Shown: in pieces, positions 28,772 to 40,043 of the stretch
How positions within the stretch are numbered: the stretch's first letter is position 1
How the letters are laid out: the number at the start of each line of letters is the position of its first letter
From: Macrostomum lignano
Lineage: Eukaryota
DNA length: 64,000 bases
Reading direction: 5' to 3'
NCBI GenBank assembly: GCA_002269645.1
Contig: NIVC01001783.1
Span: 1 to 64,000, forward strand
Notes under the pieces: model-generated
Databases searched by the model: none
What the model saw: only the letters and a program-made list of their open reading frames with translations
Told to the model about the DNA's origin: nothing
Made by a program: the position numbers and the translations under genes

Positions 28772-30330
28772 GGGGTAGAGTAGAGTAGGGAAGGGTAGGG
28801 CAAGGTAGAGTAGAGTAGAGTGGGGTATAGTAGAGTAGAGTGGGGCAGAGAAAAGTAGAGTGGGGCAGAGTAGAGTAGACTGGGTAGAGTAGAGTAGAGT
28901 GGGGTAGAGTAGAGTGGGTAGAGCAGAGTAGAGTAGAGTGGGGCAGAGTAGAGTAGAGTGAGGCAGAGTAGAGTAGAGTGGGGCAGAGTAGAGTATAGTG
29001 GGGCAGAGTAGAGTAGACTGGGTAGAGTAGAGTAGAGTGGGGTAGAGTAGAGTGGGTAGAGCAGAGTAGAGTAGAGTGGGGTAGAGTAGAGTGGGTAGAG
29101 CAGAGTAGAGTAGAGTGGGGCAGAGTAGAGTAGAGTGGGTAGAGTAGAGTAGACTGGGTAGAGTAGAGTAGAGTGGGGTAGAGTAAAGTGGGTAGAGCAG
29201 AGTAGAGTAGAGTGGGGCAGAGTAGAGTAGAGTGGGGCAGAGTAGAGTAGAGTGGGTAGAGTAGAGTAGAGTGGGTAGAGTAGAGTAGAGTGGGGCAGAG
29301 TAGAGTAGAGTAGGGCAGAGTAGAGTAGAGTGGGGCAGAGTAGAGTGGGGTAGAGTAGAGTGGGGCAGAGTAGAGTAGAGTGAGGCAGAGTAGAGTAGAG
29401 TGGGGCAGAGTAGAGTAGAGTGGGGCAGAGTAGAGTGGAGTGGGGCAGAGTAGAGTAGAGTGGGGCAGAGTAGAGTAGAGTGTGTAGAGTAGAGTGGAGT
29501 GGGGCAGAGTAGAGTAGAGTGGGTAGAGTAGAGTAGAGTGGGTAGAGTAGAGTGGGGTAGAGTAGAGTGGGGCAGAGTAGAGTAGAGTGGGGCAGAGTAG
29601 AGTAGAGTGTGTAGAGTAGAGTAGAGTGGGGCAGAGTAGAGTAGAGTGGGGCAGAGTAGAGTAGAGTGGGTAGAGTAGAGTAGAGTGGGGCAGAGTAGAG
29701 TAGAGTGGGTAGAGTAGAGTGGGGTAGAGTAGAGTGGGGCAGAGTAGAGTAGAGTGGGGCAGAGTAGAGTAGAGTGTGTAGAGTAGAGTAGAGTGGGGCA
29801 GAGTAGAGTAGAGTGGGGCAGAGTAGAGTAGAGTGGGTAGAGTAGAGTGGGGTAGAGTAGAGTGGGGCAGAGTAGAGTAGAGTGGGGCAGAGTAGAGTAG
29901 AGTGGGTAGAGTAGAGTGGGGTAGAGTAGAGTGGGGCAGAGTAGAGTAGAGTGGGGCAGAGTAGAGTAGAGTGGGGCAGAGTAGAGTAGAGTGGGTAGAG
30001 TAGAGTAGAGTGGGGCAGAGTAGAGTAGAGTGGGTAGAGTAGAGTGGGGCAGAGTAGAGTAGAGTGGGGCAGAGTAGAGTAGAGTGTGTAGAGTAGAGTA
30101 GAGTGGGGCAGAGTAGAGTAGAGTGGGGCAGAGTAGAGTAGAGTGGGTAGAGTAGAGTGGGGTAGAGTAGAGTGGGGCAGAGTAGAGTAGAGTGGGGCAG
30201 AGTAGAGTAGAGTGGGCAGAGTAGAGTAGAGTGGGGCAGAGTAGAGTAGAGTGGGTAGAGTAGAGTAGAGTGGGGCAGAGTAGAGTAGAGTGGGTAGAGT
30301 AGAGTAGAGTACAGTAGGGCAGAGTAAAGT
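28772..30330. repeat. (AGAGT)n pentamer satellite with a 20-bp GGGGCAGAGTAGAGTAGAGT superunit
   Basis: Direct reading. The ORFs here are YSTL-type repeat artefacts. Confidence 0.97.
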
Positions 30331-30902
30331 AGCATGAAAAACCAAATGCAAAAACCATAGATATGAGAAATCTGCTCAAACGGCGACAATACCAATCAGG
30401 CTTAGCCAAAAATCAAATCATAACCAAATGAGCACAGAGAAATAGCAGGATATTCTATAGCATTTTTATATTACAATAAAACATCTGTGAGGAAAGCCAG
30501 CCCAGTGCAGAGGAAGAAATGGGGGAAGCACAGAAATTCAATACCAACTCTGATTGCCATTTTCATTTTTAACCTTCCCCACTTGGGCAATTCACTATTC
30601 AAACTCGTGTCTCTCTGTGACCCTCGGTGCGAAAATCATATATTCCATAATTCTGTCTCTTTATTCGATTGTACGGGACAGATTTTTTTTAATACGCTCC
30701 GCCTCGCCTTAGAGTAGAGAGAGACAAAAGTGTTGTAATTGTCAACAACTTTTTTTTGAGGCCAGCTGACTCTTAAGTTGAGGGATTAGCCGTGAATGTT
30801 GAAGGCATTTCAGCAGAATCGAAAAGGGAGGCGAAACCTACTTAAAATGAGAGATTTTCGTTTTAAAAAGAGGGCGAGAAAAAATTGACTACCGAGGGGT
30901 TG

Positions 30903-31115
30903 GAGTAGAGTAGAGTAAAGTAGAGTAGAGTAGGGTAGAGTAGAGTACAGTAGAGTAGAGTAGAGTAGATTAGAGTAGAGTAGAGTAGAGTAGAGTAGAG
31001 TAGAGTAGAGTAGAGTAGATTAGAGTAGAGCAATGTAGAGTAGAGTAAAGTAGAGAAGTATAGAGTAGAGTAGAGTAGAGTAGAACAGAGTAGAGTATAG
31101 TAGAGTAGGGTAGAT
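30903..31115. repeat. (AGAGT)n pentamer array
   Basis: Direct reading of the sequence. Confidence 0.95.
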
Positions 31116-31899
31116 TGTGGCAGAGTAGTTTTATATACCAAGTACACTCCTTTTTTCTGCTAACAGTTAAAAACTGCTCAATTGCGCATGTTAGTTTTAA
31201 GCAAAAGCAGAAGCCACTGATCCATTTGTCTGCCTTGCACAATAAAACCCCGCCTTCCAAAATCTCGCCGGTCTTAGTTGTTTAATTAATTAAAATCGGG
31301 ACTGAGCTCACCAGACCTGCCGTTTGGCAGTCGTTTATAGAATTTGATAGCTGAGCCTCCGCACCCCCAGCCTGTCTAAAAATAGGAGCAGATCAATAAA
31401 AACAGACAAATGCAATTAATGCCCGAGCCAGAGTGCCTAGGTTTGCATTACAGAACAGTTTCTGGGTAGAAATGCAATCGATTTGATTTTTGTCGTGTTC
31501 AATGAATTTGTTTTAGTGCGTTTTTTGTTTTAAACGATCGTTAAATTAGTTAATGTGCGAGTAAGTTCATGAGTGAGTTTCTGAGTGAGTCCGTAAGTGA
31601 GTTTATGAGTGAGTTCATGAGTGAGTTCATGAGTGAGTTCATGAGTGAATTCATGAGTGAGTTCATGAGTGAGTTCATGAGTAAGTTCATGAGTGAGTTC
31701 ATGAGTGAGTTCATGAGTGAGTTTCTGAGTGAGCTCATGAGTGAGCTCATGAGTGAGTTCATGAGTGAGTTCATGAGTAAGTTCATGAGTGAGTTTCTGA
31801 GTGAGTTCATGAGTGAGTTCATGAGTAAGTTCATGAGTGAGTTTCTGAGTGAGTTCATGAGTGAGTTCATGAGTGAGTTCATGAGTGAGTTCATAAGTG

Positions 31900-32054
31900 A
31901 ATAAATAAAGCTTAAGATCAACATTTATGGCGAAAACCAACGCGTTTCAACCCACTAGGGCCGTCGTCAGGGTATATTCTGCTAAATTTTCGCCATAAAT
32001 GTTGATCTTAAGCTTTATTTATTTGCTATTAATTAAGCGAGCAACTCTACCACA
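31900..32054. mobile_element. ~150-bp foldback insertion (perfect 37-bp inverted repeat around the hammerhead motif); probably a Penelope-like pLTR/retrozyme remnant
   Basis: 31900-31936 is the exact reverse complement of 31987-32023. gttcataagtga occurs on both sides of the insert (31889-31900 and 32055-32066). Confidence 0.6.
31936..31973 (-). ncRNA. Minimal type I hammerhead ribozyme motif of the kind associated with Penelope-like elements
   Basis: The minus strand reads acc-CUGACGA-C-GGCCC-UAGU-GGGUU-GAAA-C-GC-GU-U-ggu. It has both core boxes, stem II with two G-U pairs, a palindromic ACGCGU stem III, a GUU triad and a short stem I. Activity is not shown. Confidence 0.65.
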
Positions 32055-33309
32055 GTTCATAAGTGAGTTCATGAGTGAGTTCATGAGTGAGTTCATAAGT
32101 GAATTCATGAGTGAGTTCATGAGTGAGTTCATGAGTAAGTTCATGAGTGAGTTCATGAGTGAGTTCATGAGTGAGTTCATAAGTGAGTTCATGAGTGAGT
32201 TCATAAGTGAGTTCATGAGTGAGTTCATGAGTGAGTTCATGAGTGAGTTCATGAGTGAGTTCATGAGTGAGTTCATGAGTGAGTTCATGAGTGAGTTCAT
32301 GAGTGAGTTCATGAGTGAGTTCATAAGTGAGTTCATGAGTGAGTTCATGAGTAAGTTCATGAGTGAGTTTCTGAGTGAGTTCATGAGTGAGTTCATGAGT
32401 GAGTTCATGAGTGAGTTCATGAGTGAGTTCATGAGTGAGTTTCTGAGTGAGTTCATGAGTGAGTTCATGAGTGAGTTCATGAGTGAGTTCATGAGTGAGT
32501 TCATGAGTGAGTTCATGAGTGAGTTCGTGAGTGAGTTCATGAGTGAGTTCATGAGTGAGTTCATGAGTGAGTTCATGAGTGAGTTCATCGGTGAGAACCG
32601 CCTCAGCTAACTCCCTGTCAAGCGCTTTTCTACGCCATCATCGGGAGTCTGCGACCCCCCCCCCACATCAACCACATCCCCCACCGCGCCCGCAATTACA
32701 AGGTCGGCATATCAAAGGCGAGCACCAACCCCCTCACCCCAAGCAGTATCGGATTTCATCTTTTAGAAGCAGTTGGACGCAACTCAGAGTTTGAGTCGAT
32801 TGGAACAAGAAAGAGTGACGTAGAACTCAGCTTTGTTGTGGGTTTTGTACACTGGCCAACCGCCAGTTTTCAGAGAGCCTCCTAAAGGCCTTTGTTGACC
32901 GCTCATGCCCTGTCGTCTTCTGGCGGTTCCTTTCTTGTTGTTGATTTTTTGCAAGAGACTCTGCAGTCTCAACCCCTCCCCCGGTTTGCTTTGCCTCTCG
33001 TTCGCCAGAGTTCTTTTTCTTCCTCTGAAGAATTAAAAAAAACTTCGACTATTTTTCTGGTTGTTGATTACGTAATCAAAAGAAAATGTTAAGGAAATTC
33101 CCTTGAAGGAGAATCCTCGTGGCTATAGCCAAGCAGAGTAAGAAAACGATCGAACGCTAAATGGACAAAAACCTTCTAGTAGGAAATCTTCAGTTTTTTA
33201 GGAAGCCCCTCTTTGTTGTTGTGGCAGAGCGGGGCTTCAAGCGAAGCTGAGTTTGAAAATAGGGGAGGTGAACCTTGACCCCGGAGCTGACCAACAGTTT
33301 TTAATTAGT

Positions 33310-33668
33310 GTAAACTAGGCGCTAAACACTAAAGTGTAAACATAAACTAGGCGCTAAACACTAAAGTGTAAACATAAACTAGGCGCTAAACACTAGAGTG
33401 TAAACATAAACTAGGCGCTAAACACTAGAGTGTAAACATAAACTAGGCGCTAAACACTGGAGTGTAAACATAAGCTAGGCGCTAAACACTAGAGTGTAAA
33501 CATAAACTAGGCGCTAAACACTGGAGTGTAAACATAAGCTAGGCGCTAAACACTAGAGTGTAAACATAAACTAGGCGCTAAACACTGGAGTGTAAACATA
33601 AGCTAGGCGCTAAACACTAGAGTGTAAACATAAACTAGGCGCTAAACACTAGAATGTAAAAATAAACT
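33310..33668. repeat. 32-bp minisatellite (AAACTAGGCGCTAAACACTAGAGTGTAAACAT), ~11 units
   Basis: aaactagg recurs at 33312, 33344 and onward. Confidence 0.96.
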
Positions 33669-34104
33669 AAAAATAACTTTGTCCGGATTTTTCAAAGACA
33701 AATCATTATTATTGCTTTTAATTTCTAGAATTGAGTTGAAGCCATCTCATCATCGGCAGCAAGTTTCTCAAGCATCTTTGTAATTATTTAGGGGTTAAGG
33801 GGGGTTGAAAATAGAGGTAGGACTTTCAACGAATATTTGATATAAATATATCTTAATTTGCAGTTTCACAAGTGACAATAGCTTTTAATTACTGTGTTTA
33901 TATCTGCATAGATCATTTGCCAAATAATTGGCATATATGAACAAGTATGTAAACATGTAAGGCAAAGTATTTATGGAAATCCGGACTGCAAAATCCGAAG
34001 CGAATCTAGCCATGCTTTATAGCTGTGGATCTGAATGTTGACTTGTGTATTTATTGCCAGCCTTTACCGATGGTAATAACTAATCTTAGGTTTCAAGAAT
34101 AGGT

Positions 34105-34670
34105 AGAGTAGAATAGAATAGAGTAGATTAGAGTGGGGTAGAATCAAGTAGATCAGAGTGTTGAGTGGATTAGAATAGAGTAGAGCAGGGTGAGTGAGTG
34201 GAGTAGAGTGGGGTAGAGTAGAGTGAGTACAGTGGATTAGAGTGGGGTAGAGAAGGTTAGAGTAAAGTAAAGTACAGTAGAGTAAAGTAGAGTAGATGGA
34301 GTAGAGTGAGTAGAGTGAGTAGAGTGGAGTAGAGTGAGTAGAGTGAGTAGAGTAGAGTAGAGTGAGTAGAGTGAGTAGAGTGGAGTAGAGTGAGTAGAGT
34401 GGAGTAGAGTAGAGTAGAGTGAGTAGAGTGAGTAGAGTAGAGTAGAGTGAGTAGAGTAGAGTAGAGTGAGTAGAGTAGAGTAGAGTGAGTAGAGTAGAGT
34501 AGAGTGAGTAGAGTAGAGTAGAGTGAGTAGAGTAGAGTAGAGTGAGTAGAGTGAGTAGAGTGAGTAGAGTGAGTAGAGTGAGTAGAGTAGAGTAGAGTGA
34601 GTAGAGTGAGTAGAGTGAGTAGAGTGGATGGAGTAGAGTAGAGTGAGTAGAGTGGGCAGATCAGTAGAGC
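34105..34670. repeat. AGAGT/AGAGTGAGT purine-rich array
   Basis: Direct reading of the sequence. Confidence 0.94.
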
Positions 34671-35769
34671 AGAATTGAGCAGTCAGCTGTAGAAAGCTCA
34701 GTCATTTTTGCAAGCCGCAGCTCAAATTTCATTTTATACTCCCCTTTGTGAGTAAAAAACTCAGGGCTATGCTCAAAACTTCCTGCAAGCTCACAAACAA
34801 TAGAGGTAATTTTTCAAAAGCCCCCCCCCCAACACGAGGTGGGGTGTTTAAGTTGACAGACGCTTTTGAGGCCTCCTTGCCACCTTGCTACAGTCACGTG
34901 TGACATTAAAATGTCACTGATAGGCGATAACACCAACTCAACCGTGCATAGGGATATATTGAGTGCTGAGCCGGTTGAGTCCATGACTCATTTTGCATAC
35001 AAAATGAAGCCAAGAAGGGTGTTAGGTAATCCCCGCCGCCACCTTGACAGGACCCAAACCCACCTACCCATCAATTACATCAAACGTGTCAAGTCACAAC
35101 CCTCTGTAGCAGCTAAATTTTTAAGGCCTACTTTTAGAGAAGTGGTGAAGATTGATATTTATCCAACCCAAAATTACGAGAAGAGGCCAAAGTGTTAAGT
35201 CTCTGCAGCCCTCATCTAAGCATCTGGTTTGCAGTTGCCGCCAGCGTCCGCAGAAATCTTGGATGACGGCAAAAAAGATAGAAATATGCAATTGCTTGTT
35301 TGCACCTCTTCTCTACCCCCCCCCCCAAACCATCTGGACCTCATACTTTCTCTCTCTTCCCATTTTGGGAAGAAAATGTTTTACAAATCCATTTCCAGAT
35401 TCCCTAAGCCTGTCCCGCTCTGCTTCACTTTGAAGAGGCAGGAGGCGGCTGCAGGACAGAGGGGGGGGGAGGGTTGAAATATTATTGTATCTCGCCAAGG
35501 TGCGATGGCAGCCCTGTCAATCACCTGTGTATTCTTACAAATTCTAAACAGGTTTCTAAGAGCTGGCATAGCGCTGATTCGTTGAACCAAGAAGAGAGTT
35601 GAATTGCTTGAAGAAGAAAAAAGTGAAAGCGAAAAATATTGGTGTCCTTATGTCTCCGTTTAAGTGTGTTTAGCAATCGGGCAGCTGTGATTGCTTTAAG
35701 GTCCGCTGGAATCCCAGCCTCTGTAAATGGGAACAGATTTCATTGCTTCACATCAGGACTCAGATTTAA

Positions 35770-36045
35770 GATGGTAAAGAGGGAGATGGTAGAGAGGGAG
35801 ATGGTAGAGAGGTAGAGAAGGTAGATAGAGAGATGGTAGAGGTAGAGGGGAGACAGGGAGATGATAGAGAGGTAGGGGGAGAGAGGGAGATAGTAGAGAG
35901 GGAGAGAAGGTAGATAGAGAGATGGTAGAGACAGATGGTAGAAGGGAGATGGGAGAAAAGTAGATGGGAAGATAGGAGAAAAATGGAGAAAGTGAAGAGA
36001 TGAAAAAGGGTTAGACAAAAGGTAGACAGAGGTTGGGCAGAGAGG
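35770..36045. repeat. Degenerate GA-rich low-complexity repeat
   Basis: gagatggtagag-like units. Confidence 0.8.
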
Positions 36046-36448
36046 CATACAGAAACAAAGGAGATTTAGCAGCGGACAGCAGACCCCCCAGTAGTGCCAG
36101 ACAAATCTACAAGCAAAAGTGAATCCGGCAGCAAAAGTAAGCGCGGCCTCAGGTAAAAAAGTGTACGCGGTTCACAATTTTTTGGCAGGCATAATTAATT
36201 TTGACAAGCGGGCCAGCCAACTCTCGTCATCATTGTCATCCCCCTTCTGTGAAGTAAGCGTGGATGTCCGCTCACTCGTGCATTTATTAGTGAACAAAAG
36301 CGCTCTAGCTATTCCCTGCGCTAGCAATGGAAATTGAGGATTCAAATTTCTGGGGAAACTTCTGCCTGTTAACTTGCAGCAGTTAATATTGCATTTCAGA
36401 ATTCACCTGAGCACTGAGTAGAAAGGCCACTCCGAGGCCGTCAGCGTC

Positions 36449-36527
36449 ATGATGGAGCCGACGAAACCGTCTGATGTTGTTTCAGTGCTTCTGCTTTTAA
36501 CAGCCATGCCGAATTTGGTTTGCACTG
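36449..36527 (+). CDS. L1CAM: L1CAM/neuroglian-like protein, coding exon 1 (signal peptide MMEPTKPSDVVSVLLLLTAMPNLVCT)
   Basis: ATG followed by a hydrophobic core. The G|GTGAGT donor is phase 1 and matches the phase-1 acceptor at 36743/36744. An acceptor-like ttgcatttcag lies ~50 nt upstream of the ATG. Confidence 0.8.
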
Positions 36528-36743
36528 GTGAGTTCTGACGGCTGCCTGCGAGAGATTGGGAAATGGCATTCCGCTGACTCCTGATAGTGTACGCCTGGCA
36601 TGTACACTATCTGTGCCTTGGGGGCTGGCCCTCATGGCCCTCAGGACCAACCCACAAAGGCACAGAGTCAGGACCGCTGTACACTCTGTGTGAGCGCGTG
36701 TTCTGTGTTCGGAACGACTGTCGCCCCCTCCCTCGTCCTCCAG

Positions 36744-39256
36744 TCCTGCTGCCGCCCTCCATCACGCGCCAGCCGGCCGCCGAGACGCCGTTCATCCCGG
36801 GGGAGCCGATCCGGCTGGACTGCGATGCTTCACCGCCTGGCAGCGTCGAGTTCGCCTGGCTGCGCAACCGGGAGACGCTCAGCCTGCGGGACGGCCGTCG
36901 GCTAGCTGGCGGCGCTCTGATCATTGAGTCGCCGACGTTAGCGGACGAAGGCGTCTACCAGTGCCTCGCTGGCAACCGCTTCGGCTGGGCGGCCTCCCGG
37001 GTGTCGCAGGTCCGTCAGGCCGTTCTGCAGCCGTTCCCCAACGCCAGGAAGCCTCCGATTGAGAAACTGGTAGGTGACAGCCTGCGCATCCCATGCGAGT
37101 CGCCAGTCTCGTACCCGACCGCCACAGTGCTGTGGTACAAGACTGACGATCTGACCAACCGGCTGAGCACCCTGCCGATGTCCAACCGGATTGCCATTCA
37201 TCCTACTGACGGTTCGCTTCTATTCGCCAATCTGCTCCTGGAAGACGGCAACGCTGGCTACCAATGCGGTGCTAGAAACGATTTTGTCAGGCGAACAGTT
37301 GAAAGTCGAGCGCACCGACTCACCGTTCGACAGGGCGGCGACAGTTCGACAAAGCGACGACCGGCCGAGCTGATGGCCCAGAGCGACTCGCGACCGCAGC
37401 TGCTGGCCAACAGCACCGGCGATCTGTTCTGCTTCTTCAGCGGCTACCCGACCCCGCAGATCCGATGGCGTCGACCGGTTGCTGACGGCTCGGACCAGCT
37501 GCTCGAGGCCGGCACCCGCCTTCAGCTGCTCTCCGTTCGGACGAAAACTCACGCCGGAACCTTCGAGTGCTTCGCTGTGAACGGCGGCAGCAGCGCACCG
37601 GCCTCCGCTAAGTTTCAAGTAGCCGTCGTGTCGCCGCCCCGATGGCTCGATCGACCTGAAGGCGTCGCCCTGGCCGAGGGCGCGGCCAGGCACGAGTTCC
37701 GCTGCCGGGCCGAGCCGATGGAAGGCCATCCCAGCTGGTTCGTCAACGGCCGCCCGGTTCAGCCGATGAATCCTTCGGAGCCGCACCGGCTGATCTTCGA
37801 GAACCTGACGGCGGCCGACTCGGCCATGGTGCAGTGCAACTGCAGCAACTCGCACGGCTACATTCTGGCCAACGCGCACCTGAGCGTGCTCAACCAACCG
37901 CCAGTGTTCACAGAGCCGCCGCCGCCGGGCGGACTGAAGACCGCGGCCGGAGTTGCCAAGCTGGTCATCCCGTGTCGGACGTTCGCGGCGCCTAAACCGG
38001 ACATCTGGTGGAGCCGCGACGGTCAGCGGCTGGACGGGGACTCCGGCCACTACAGCCTGGAGCAGAACGGCGACCTAGTGATTCGTGACGTCCAGCTGTC
38101 CGACGCTGGCCGCTACAAATGCCTGGCCAGCAACCGGTTCGGCAGCAGCGAAGCAGAGTCCAGCCTGACTGTCCGCCAGCCCACCGAGATCCGCATCCCG
38201 CCGGAGTCGCAGACAGTTGTCGAAGGCGCCGAAGTTCGCCTCGCCTGCACGGCTGTCACGGACGTTGGCGAGGCTGGCAGCCTTCGGCTGACCTGGCTGA
38301 AGGACGAAAAGCTGGTTGACTTCGGCAGCCGGCCGGGTCTGCTGCACAGCGGTCAGCACGACGGCACTTTGGTGATCTCGCGGGCCCGACCGCAGGACAG
38401 CGGCGTCTACTCGTGCAACGCCAGCAACGGGCTGGACTATGACGTCAAGAGCGCCCGCCTAGTGGTCACGGGCCGGCCCGGCGCGCCCGCCGACCTACGA
38501 GTCGCCTGCGACACGCCGGCTGCCAAGGCGACGCTCCGGTGGACAGCCGGGCCGGACAATAACTCGCCGGTGCGGCGACACATTGTCGAGTTTGCGACGC
38601 AGTTCGACGATCACCTGTCGGGAGTCTGGCGCTCGGCCGAGTTGGCTTCGGCGGCGACAACGGCAAACTCAGCCACTGTCCGGCTTCGTCCGAATCTTTT
38701 ATATCGATTTCGAGTCCGAGCTGTGAACGACGTTGGGCCGGGCGACGCCTCCGAGGTTGTCGGCGCGCCGCCAAACTGTCGGGTGCCGCCCGACCGACCC
38801 GCCGTCAATCCCGACGGTCTCCGGGCGGAGGGCAGCCGGCCGCACAGCCTGACAGTCCAGTGGCAGCCGCTGTCACCGCTGGACTACGGAGCGGACGGCC
38901 TGGCGTATGTTCTGCAGCTGCGGTGCATCGACTGCGCTGGGACGCCGATTAACCGACCGTTCGAGAAGATCGTGTCGGATCCTAAAGTCGATCAAGTCGA
39001 CATTGTCGAACTGATCATAGACGGTCGCTCTTATCCGGTAGAAATTTACCGGCGCTATCTGGTGACGCTCGTTGCTAGGAACTCGCTGGGCGACTGTCGG
39101 GAGCGACCAGCTGAAGTTCTGGGTTATTCTGGGGAGCTGCAGCCCCTGGTGGCACCAAGCGACCTCCGGGTGGCCACGGAGTCCGCGGACGCCGTTGCGG
39201 AGAATTCGGCTGTGCTAGCTTGGTCGCTTGGCATCGACCCGACTGTGGACGATAGG
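36744..39256 (+). CDS. L1CAM: L1CAM/neuroglian-like protein, coding exon 2 (six Ig domains, FN3-1, FN3-2 and the start of FN3-3)
   Basis: Six C...W...C Ig repeats; Ig4 VQCNCSNSHGYILANAHLSV is typical of the L1 family. FN3 motifs include YRFRVRAVNDVGPG. Acceptor cctccag, donor AGG|GTGAGT (phase 0). The symbol is family-level; orthology is not established. Confidence 0.92.
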
Positions 39257-39309
39257 GTGAGTGAGGTTGCTTGCCTCGGGAATGCACTTTTTATTCAGGA
39301 ATCCGGAAA

Positions 39310-39600
39310 AATTTTTTAAGAATCCCAAAACTTTTTAAAGAATTCCCAAAACGTGTCTAGAAAATCATGAAACTTTCCCCAAAATACTGAAACTTGTCCA
39401 GGAATCTCAAAAAAATTTCATAAATCCCGAAACTTTTGCAAGAACCCTGATACTTCCTTAAGAATCTCAAAACAAACCTATTTAAGAGTTCTAAAACTTT
39501 TATAAGAATCCCGAAAAATTTATACATCTAGATCGTAGATCGTTAAATTTTTCAAGAATCTGCGAACATTTCCAAGAATCCAGTAGCTTTTACTGGAAGA
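39310..39600. repeat. Degenerate ~21-bp AT-rich repeat (aagaatccc..aaacttt) in L1-like intron 2
   Basis: Recurring aagaatcc and aaacttt motifs. Confidence 0.6.
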
Positions 39601-39642
39601 TTTGTAGTTTGAATTATTTACTCAGCTTGCTCAATTAATCAG

Positions 39643-40012
39643 CTACTCAGCTACTCAGCTACTCAGCTACTCAGCTACTCAGCTACTCAGCTACTCAGCT
39701 ACTCAATTACTCAGCTACTCAGCTACTAAGCTACTCAGCTACTAAGCTACTCAGCTACTCAATTACTCAGCTACTCAGCTACTCAGCTACTAAGCTACTC
39801 AGCTACTAAGCTACTCAGCTACTCAATTACTCAGCTACTCAGCTACTCAGCTACTCAATTACTCAGCTACTCAGCTACTCAGCTACTCAGCTACTAAGCT
39901 ACTCAGCTACTCAGCTACTCAGCTACTCAGCTACTCAATTACTCAGCTACTAAGCTACTCAGCTACTCAGCTACTTAGCTACTCAGCTACTCAGCTACTC
40001 AGCTACTCAGCT
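39643..40012. repeat. 8-bp minisatellite (TACTCAGC)n in L1-like intron 2
   Basis: Direct reading of the sequence. Confidence 0.96.
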
Positions 40013-40043
40013 CATCCCCTCACGCCTCCCACACGCCGCTCAG

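Larger units (their letters stand above)
31563..32588. repeat. 12-bp minisatellite (ATGAGTGAGTTC), interrupted at ~31901-32054 by an insertion
   Basis: Two blocks, 31563-31900 and 32055-32588, share the same unit. Confidence 0.96.

Noticed and set aside
36587-36743. N-terminal 52 codons of ORF 36587-39319 as the protein start
   Set aside because: This stretch lies in intron 1. A proper signal-peptide exon (36449-36527) splices in the correct phase to 36744.
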